This document shows, piece after piece, positions 38,201 to 47,200 of a stretch of 64,000 nucleotides of DNA. The translations under genes and the position numbers were made by a program. The notes under the pieces were generated by a model. The model ran no database searches, was not told where the DNA came from, and saw only the letters and a program-made list of their open reading frames with translations. Every line of letters begins with the position of its first letter. The first letter of the stretch is position 1. The DNA is from Strigamia acuminata (Eukaryota): the NCBI GenBank assembly GCA_949358305.1, contig OX442314.1:26908001-26972000 (forward strand), in the 5' to 3' direction.

Positions 38201-41200
38201 CCACCGCTTTTATCTTGTAAAATGCGGTCGCGCATGTTAAAAATGTGCGCCATCATATGTTTGTATGTGTTTGAAATTGTTTGCTCCAATTTATACACAT
38301 ACTCATGTGGTTTCTCTGGGTCCACCACATTTACTGACTCTGCCACTCGTGGGTCCCAAGGCACTCGTAGCTCTCGGGCGAAGTTGAGGTAGGCCGGAGA
38401 AAAATCTCTCGTCCTCGAGACTGTTGTTCGTATGCTGAACGCGATCTCCCTCAAGTATTCATCCCACCTATTGTGGATGTCAGTGAATATGCTTAGTGCA
38501 TATTTAATGTCCCTGTTGAGTCGCTCAACGGGATTTGTTCTAGGATTGTAGGTCGAAGTATGTGACGCCACAATCCTGAATTTCTCACAAAACTTACCCC
38601 AAATTTTCGAGATAAATTGGGGTCCGTTATCGGATATTATTTTACGTGGAAATCCGTAACGTAACGCCACGTCGTAGATACATTCAACGATTTTCTCTGC
38701 TGAAGGTCTAGCGACGGCGTACAACTCGGGCCAACGAGTTGCCACGTCCATTATAACGATAATGTACGCATTTTTATTTCCCGTAACGGGTTTTGGGCCC
38801 ATCACATCGACACTTAAACAATCAAAAGGCGCGTAAGGCCCTAAGAAAATAGTTTCGAATGGTGATTTACTCTTCGGCTTGCACGCTTGACATCGCTGAC
38901 ATTGGTGGACAAAAAGAGCAATATCTTTTTTCATCCCTGTCCAGTGAAAAAGCTGTGTAGCACGATAGAGTGTTCTGCTTACTCCCGCATGGCTCGCAAG
39001 CGGGTGCCCGTGTAACAACCACAGCACGCGACCGATTAAGGAAGCGGGTATTACTACCTTTACTGCGGTGTCCGATTCACTCAAGTCATCTTGGTGATTT
39101 GGGTGATGTTTCACCAAAAGGCCGTCATCCAATAGGTAATCTATGGATTCGTGTGCATAACGACGCTTCTGCCTTCTGGTTAAGTTGGGCGGATATTTTC
39201 CTGTCAGTACGAATCTAGCTCTGTCCTGACATTTTTTGTCTAATTTTTGTTGCACAATTATTTCCTCCCTTGTCGGGGGATTGCTTTGCATCTGCTTGCC
39301 GACATGAGCGTGGAAGGCGCTTAGAAGCGGGTCATTTATTCTCCGCTCTAGCTTAAATTCCTTCTTTGCATTTGGGTAATTGTCAGCAGCTGGTTGGTAT
39401 AACCGCGTCCAGAATCCACAGAATTTTACATCTGCCGGAGACGCGGTAGGAATTTCATTCATCTTCCTTAAATCCCAACGGTGACAACTCGTCGGGCAGT
39501 AAATGATGCGGGAATCATCCTCGCCATCATCGTCAGTGTCGATTGGATCTGACACTGGTGCCCGTGACAGAGCGTCAGCCACGACGTTATATTTGCCGGG
39601 CTTGTATTGAATGGTCAAGTCGCATGCCATCAGTTCTAACTGCCATCTGGCTAGTCGACCGGCTGGCTCTTTTAATTTCATCAGCCATTGTAACGCTTGA
39701 TGATCTGTGTGGACTACAAATTTGGTATATTCGAGATAATCTCTGAATTTCCTTATGGCCCACACAACGGCCAAACACTCCAACTCGGTGGCATTGTAAT
39801 TCTTTTCAGCGCCTTGGAGTTTGCGACTTATAAACATGCACGGCAGGTCTTGTTCGACTCCGTCGCGCACGTGTGTTTGAAGCAACGCGGCTCCCAACCC
39901 AACTCTGCTGGCGTCCGTGTGTAATATGAACGGCCGGTTTAAGTCGGGTAGAGGCATTACGCCGACTTCCGTCAGCATCCTCTTTATTGCATTAAATGCG
40001 ATGTTGCACTCATTTGACCATACAAATTCGTTTTCATTCTTCAGGAGGTCGGTAACTGGGGCTGCCACTTCAGCTAGACCCGGTAGCAACCTGCCAAAGA
40101 AGTTTATCATTCCCATAAACCGTTGGACACCTTTAACGTCCTCGGGTGGTGGGAAACGATTAATCGCATCGATTTTTTCGGGGCCAATAGCTAAACCATT
40201 GACTCCAATGCGATAACCCAGGAAGGCAAGCTCCTTTCGACAGAACTTGCTCTTGCCCGGATGCACGTGTAACCCAGCTTTTGCCAGCCGGGTGAGCACT
40301 TGGTCGATGTGCTCAATGTGCTCTTCGAATGTTTTAGAGGCAATAACTATGTCATCTAGGTATGCCCATACAAACTGATGCAGGATATCACCCAATACGC
40401 TTTCGATTAGCCTCTGAAAGGTACTGGGAGCATTCACTAAACCAAATGGCATGACGTTGAACATCAACCGTCCAATTGGCGAGTAAAATGCTGTTTTTAT
40501 CTTATCCTCTGGCCTCATCTCAACCTGCCAGTATCCCTTCGACAGATCCATCGTCGTAACCCAAGAAAAGGGGCTAAGCTCTCTCAAAATGGATTCGATA
40601 GACGGCATCTGTATGGGATCTATCTCTGTCACCGCGTTTAATGGGCGGTAATCAATGCATAGGCGTGGATTCGAGCCCGGGCGCATCACGAGCACAACTC
40701 GCGTCGCGTATTCTCCCTGGGCCTCGGAGACAATGCCACTGTCTAGCATTTCTTGGCACATTTTTTGCACTATTTCACGTTTTTGCGGGTTCATTCCCTT
40801 ATACGCAACTCGTATAGGTTTATTATCCGTCAATTTAATTTCGTGAATAGCCCTATTCGTTCGGCCCGGTTTTTTCGACAGGATCCCCTCATATTTAAGT
40901 AGGACCCTTCGTAGGGCTGCCGCTTCGTTTAATTCTAAAGCGGCGTCGGCGACAAGCGTTTCCACTACATTGTCCCGTTGCAATTCTGTTACGAATGCTT
41001 TAAAATCGTAGTCTTGAACGAATTTCTTTAGGCCTTTCTCCCACTGTGTCTTGTCGGCCGCTTCTTTTACAAGAGCTGGTGGCACGACAATTGCGGGTCT
41101 TTCCTTATCATTTCTGATATAATTCCAAGATTTCGTTATTGGATTTGGTTGTATTTCCATTGACGCCATGAGGTCTAAGCCCAACAGAAAAATTCTGTCG

Positions 41201-44200
41201 CATGTGGGCAGGACCAGGAAAGGGTGCTGTTCTACCCCTCCGAGCCACTCCATGGTCAATAATATAACTCCTTTTGGACGCGCCATTCCGTTGGCGGTTT
41301 TTAGACGTATATTTTTATTAACGCCTTTTATCTTATCGGTGAGACCCAATGATGCTACTATGTCTTCGGAAACGAACGAGCGATCTGCTCCCGAGTCTAG
41401 CAGTCCCATAATTTTTTCACGTTCTATTGTCATGGGCAACATGCATAGGCGGTTGGTGTATTCGACCGCCACGTTGCACATGAAAACACGAAATTCTTCT
41501 GTGTCTTCGACTACTTGAGGTAATTCTTCAAGCAGTAGGTTCGGTTCTTCCGCCTCAGCCTCAGCGTTTGCGGTAATTACCTGCAAAGCGTTGTTGGCCC
41601 TGTCTTGAATTTGGGCGTTAGCTATGTCACTACCCATTTCTTTGACTGGTGGCGGCTTATCGAACCCTTTGTTAAACCCCTTCTTCTTCATGTATGGCGC
41701 AGACGGTCGAGAATTTATTTCTTCGCCGCCTGCGCTGACTCGTTTTTTGACTCGTTTTTTGCCATGGCGAGTTTAATCTCTGCCATTTGCTTCATTATTG
41801 CGTCAAATTTAGCGTCTTCTTTCGCTGTTCTTGGGCACTCATTGGAGTAGTGGCCCGGTTGGTTACACTTGAAACAACGAATATTTGATTTGTCTCTTGG
41901 GGCTTCAGTCGATTTTTTCTTTTCAGGGTCTGCCTTCGACGGTGGCGTGTAATTTTTCCGAAAATACTTCGGAATTCGGCCGGCATTTGGTTTTAACCTG
42001 GCGCGAAATTCTTCTACCGCTCTATCTCGATGGATGAGATGTACTAGCGGTCCTTCCTCATCGCAACCCGTTGATAAGGTATCGCGATAGCTTCGTATTT
42101 CTTCGTCCGTCGAATAATCGTCTTTTTCTTCTTTTTCGTCTGATTTTCCGGCATCTTGTCCGGCTTCCTCCCCCTCCTTGACCTCCTCCAGTGTCGCTTG
42201 CATGGCTGACGCTGTCGGTGCCTTTTTAGGGGCGGCCAAAGGGTTGGAAGGCAGCGTGGATGTCAGTTTATTTTTTATTTGCAAACCAACGCTAGCTTCT
42301 GCCAGCTCCATTATACCGCTAAGATATTCAGTAGGGCGCATAATTTTATCTGTCGCCCCATATCTTTCCGCACTCAACTTGAGACGTTTAGCGGTTGCTG
42401 CTTTCTCCGCTTCTGGTAAAGCGGAATAATATCTCTTCTCGATATCTATCGTGTTCTCAAACAGGAAGGCGCTCATCTCCTCGTAGCTGCCCCCTGTCGG
42501 TGCCCTTTCTTCAAGTAGCACCCGTTGCGAGTATTCCGACAAACCGCCGAGAAAGAAAAGGTTGAATCCCGTGGCATGAAATTCCATCGGGGCCTTTTCG
42601 AACAACAATCTGGCGCGAATGTCGTAATCCATTATGGTTTCACCAGGCATCTGGCGAAGACCTCGCATCTTTCGGCTCACCTCTTCGGGTGTCTCGCCGT
42701 AGCGCAGGTCGAATCTCATTAAAAAGTCGTCCCAATTGACGCCTTTCAATCCTTGGTACCACTCACGTGCCGAGCCTGTCATTAGCTCGACAATACCGTG
42801 GGTGAGCATGTCTCCTACGGTGGCTTTAGTGGCAGTCTTAATTCGAATTACTTCGTCAAGGAAGCGATCTCCCGCTTTCCATGACCCGTCGAAACGGTTC
42901 TGAATATAAAATTGCCACCTAATATTCCCGGTAACGCTCATGGTGTCTCGTCGGGAGACAGCGTATTTTTTCTTTACGCGGTCACCAGTGCTACGATTAC
43001 GATCGTTTCGTTTGCTCAGATCGATTCCCTCGGCTTTTAACGAGCCAAGTAGTGCTCTTCCAAGCTCTCCCATCGTATACTGCCGACCCGTCGAATCGGT
43101 AAACGCGCTTTGTCGGGGAAGGTCCTGAAACTCCTCCCGTCGGTGGTCGCTATTTTCCGATCGACGTCGTTTCTCTCTATCGCGCGGAGAGTTGGATCTC
43201 TTCCGGCGATTACTTGATTTTTCCTTTCGTCTGTCGTCGTTGGATGAGGGGTCGGAGCTGGGGTCAGGAGACGGTGAGCGGCGTGGCGGGTTGCGCCGTG
43301 AAGAGTTTGACTCTTTCCGGCCCCTACGACGGTCGTCACGTTCCCTTTCCCTGCGTTCATCGCGCTCTCTTTCCCTTCGTCTTTCTCCGGAACCTCTCTC
43401 CGAATCGTGATGACTGGGTGCATTTGACTCCAGCCCATCTGACGACGAATCACTATTTCCGTAGCGATAATATTTCGGTCTTTCATCGCGTTTGCCTTCT
43501 CCTCGCGAAGAGGTGCGATCATGCGATTGTCTCCTTGACGACTCGTCGTCTTTAAGGATGGGTACTGGTTGTTGCCACTCAGTCCCTTGCGGATTATCTT
43601 GCTGTTGGCTTGTGAGAGCTTGCTCTTCATTTCGCCTAGCATTATTAGCGTTGATTAACCGTGTTATCGCATTATTTGTGGCTGAATCGAGAGCTTTCAT
43701 GCGGGGCCGAGTTTGTTGTTCTCTGGCCGACGCATCTCTCTTGCTCGGAGTAGCTGGTGTCGCCCTCTCCGGCTGGGGTTTGGGTTTGGCCTTCGGCGTG
43801 CGCTTTGGGTCTCCCTCTAGGCTCTCGTCGGACAGCTCGGATGAACTGACCTCTGGTTTGCGAACGGATTTCGGGTCATCTCGTCGCAATCTGGCCATAA
43901 ATGCTCGTTCTGCTTCTTGTTGCGAGTGGAAAGCATATCGATGTGCTCTCAGGGCTCGGTCAACTATTTCTACCTCCTCGGGAGTAGTCGGATTGGGCTG
44001 GGTTCTGCCGTACTCGAGAGCTTGCGCTTCTCTTTCCGCCAGCTTCCTCCGTCTCTCGCGAATGGCTTGTCGAGCCTCGTTCTCTGCATCCGCTTCAAAT
44101 TGAGCGGAATCAACCAATTGTTGAGCGTGTGCACCTTCAACAATGGTGATTTGTGGGGATACACTGTGCGCTTTTAAAGCTGCACGTACGATTTGTAACG

Positions 44201-47200
44201 TTTCGTACACTGTAATCTTCCCCGTCGGAAGGGTGTATCTCACTCCCTCCGCTTGTGCCAATTGCATCGCATCAATCAAGGTGCCCGAGACGCTGTAAGG
44301 CTGGCTCGAAACACGCTTGACAGAGGACGAGTTGGACTTGTGCCCTTCAGACACTACCGAGGCTGGTCGACTGTGCGTAATTGGCGTGTTTAGCGCTGAA
44401 TTCGCTGTCGTGTCGGACGCCGTCCTTTGTATCGAAGACGTCGCCCTCGGATCGTTTACCTCGGTATCGTGCGTTAGACGAGGCGATTGGTTACGGGATA
44501 AAACCTCGTTTCCGCTCGTCTCGCCGTCACGATGGAGACGCGGCGGTTTGGAGTGGGACGGATCCTCACTCCGCTCCGTCTCGTCCAATCGCTGCCTCGT
44601 CTCGGCGTGAGACGGGTGCGATGCCTCCGAAGCGCTTCGTCGGTCTGGCTTGGCCTTGCGGCGTTTTTGCCTAGACTCGTGCGCTGAGGCTTTGGGTAAG
44701 GGACCTCCAGATCGCAAATGATAATCGGCGCCTTTACGGCTACCAGCTCTCTTATTTGCGTCGGAGTCGGAATCCGTTACTCGGATATTGTCTGCCATTT
44801 TTGGGTATGAAAAATGATCTCAAGTTCTATTCGAGTCGTTTAAATCGATCCCGGACAGGCCCCCACGTGTCGCGCTCAACTCTAACTGTCGCTAACTCGT
44901 GGTATGAGTCACTCTCTAATCTCGCAATACCGCTTTACTCAAGCGGTTACCCAAATAATGTGAAACGGCAAACAATGTAAAATGGTAAATATAATAAATG
45001 TATTTATTATATGGGAATTTACAGGTAAAAGGAATAAAATATGTAAGGGAATAAAGGTAAAAGGTTGGGGATGTGTGAAGTTGTCGGGAAACTGGTCGAG
45101 GTCGTCCTTTGTTGACGCTCTGGATCCAAGATGGCGTCCGCGTGGTAACGTGGTGTCGTCTTGGGCCGGCGTGGCAATGAATGGCGTCCTCGTCTCACGT
45201 TTCTTGTTCGGTCCTTCGGGCTCACGCTGGTCGGGCGCGAGTGAATGCCTAAAAGGTCTTACTTCTGGTCTGTTGTCTAGGTTTAGGGTTTTTTGTAGGT
45301 GTCCGGCGATCACACAGCGGCGGACTCTTCTGGCTCCCGGCGATCACACAGCGGCGGGAACGCTCGTCGTGGTTTTACTGCAGTTTAGGCTTGTGCGACC
45401 GTTTGTCTGCACAACTCGCTAAACTGGAGTGGTGTTTGCTGTTTCTAGCGGGTGTGCTAAAACAGCGCGGTAATCTTATCACGCAGGTTACTCTGCGGAG
45501 GTTAACACGAATCAAATGTACTCACGAAGAATATATCCTTTGTCCCTGGTCACTCCTAGTGCTTGACTTAGGCCTGATCGGTAGGACGGTAGATTTCTCG
45601 TGTGTTTCTTGTTTGATGGTTGTGTTGGTTCTGCCCGCTCAGTGCAAGGCACATTCCTTTGCACAAAGCGGGGTTGACAGGTGACCAGAATCACCCAATG
45701 GTGGGGTGGACGAGCCATCCCCACTCCCTCAGGGCAGACGCCTGTCCATTGACTAGATGTCAATGCACTGAGGGAAGGGAGACGCGCTTGCGGCTCCCCT
45801 TACACCCGAAACGAGGTCACGAGAGAAACTCTTCGTTGACCCCGGTCCAGTCGGGTCACAACAAGCTGTGATTGGCTGCGGAAACAAAATCGCTCGGAAA
45901 TCTAATAAATATTTCTAGTTTTCCGCGCGATTTTTTTCCGCAGCCAATCACAGCCCATTTGCAACAAACCCCGGATGCAACGTATCCGCGGCGTATCTGC
46001 ACATCCGCAAGTGTGAACCAGGCTTAAGACTGGTATCGGTATCGGCTATCGGCCGATATTTCGGTATTTACCGATATCGGATCCGATATATTTTGGCGTG
46101 GCCGATACCGATATTGCCACGTTTCTAAAACGTATCATTTTAGACAAAAACGAATACGTTTTAGACGAAAACGAATACGTTTTAGACGAAAACGAATACG
46201 TTTTAGACGAAAACGATATGTTTTAGACGAAAACAATACGTTTTAGACGAAAACGATATGTTTTAGACGAAAACAATACGTTTTAGACGAAAACGATACG
46301 TAATAGGCAAAAACGATAAGTTTTAGAAACGTCTTTGAACGCAATTTTAATTTTTTTTTTTTGGGGCTGGGGGCGGGAGGTCAGACAATATCGGCGCAGG
46401 TATCGGTATCGGCCGATATTCGGTTGCCGATTATCGGTATCGGTGATACTACAAAATACTGGTATCGGTCAAAGTCTACTTAAGACCATATTCATTTCAT
46501 TGTACACGCCAATGCTTAGGACAGTTTCCCACAAACAAAGGGTTATTATGGGTCCAGTGCGCAAAATTCTGTTAGAAAGGAAACTGTAAGTGACTTGAAA
46601 ACAAGTGAATATTAAGTGACGATCAGGAAAAGTGTGGTTCGAAAATCGAAACTAATGGCGGATCTAAACGAGCATGGTTTTACCCAGATCGAGAAGCTCG
46701 ATAAAAACTATTCTACATGAAGATGGAAAGTGATGATTTTACTTGAAAAACATGGCATTCTGAATACGATCGACGAACAAGCATCGAAATTGAGATCACA
46801 ACCGAGATTGAAATCGTGATCACGATCAAGAACGAAACAAAAATGACGAGGCCAAACATGACAGGAAAAACCCTAAGGCCAACGCAATCGCGGTCGGAAA
46901 CGCAAATAAAAGTGACCAGAAAAATGATGGACAGCGCAGAGACACCAAGTGGGATAAAAATCTTAGCTATGGCTCTGCTAAAGGGCCCATCATCCAACTT
47001 GCACACAGGCCCATTGGTGTATCGTATCCATGACATGTAATTACATCCCTAAGTACTTAATTCATTTTAAGCGACGATTTGACGGAACCAAGTGATCGCA
47101 TAAAATGAGGGATATCTTTATTTGCGTTTTGAAATAACAGATTTTCTTACTTAATTGATAAATAAATAAAACATTCTTACTTGATGTGCTTCTACAAGCT

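Larger units (their letters stand above)
32428..45863 (-). mobile_element. Full-length Ty3/Gypsy element 3 (intact gag and pol, large accessory region) in intron 1 of copy A
   Basis: 996-bp LTRs at 32428-33423 and 44868-45863 with no difference seen; 4-bp TSD AGCT; PBS TGGGGGCCTGTCCGGGAT (tRNA-Pro-like) at 44848-44865; PPT GGAGGGGGAAG at 33424-33434. Confidence 0.97.
32364..46024. mobile_element. PIF/Harbinger-like palindromic MITE split by Gypsy 3
   Basis: CCTGGTTCACACTTGCGGAT at ~32366 is inverted at ~46003-46022; TAA/TTA flanks. Confidence 0.75.

Noticed and set aside
46138..46330. CRISPR-like repeat array
   Set aside because: Head-to-tail minisatellite without unique spacers, inside a hAT MITE in eukaryotic DNA; the same applies to 25205-25310.
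46713..47036. Hydrophobic 107-aa ORF as an extra channel exon
   Set aside because: Mostly the antisense of a Copia fragment; the paralogous region is interrupted, and exon 1 joins exon 2 in phase without it.
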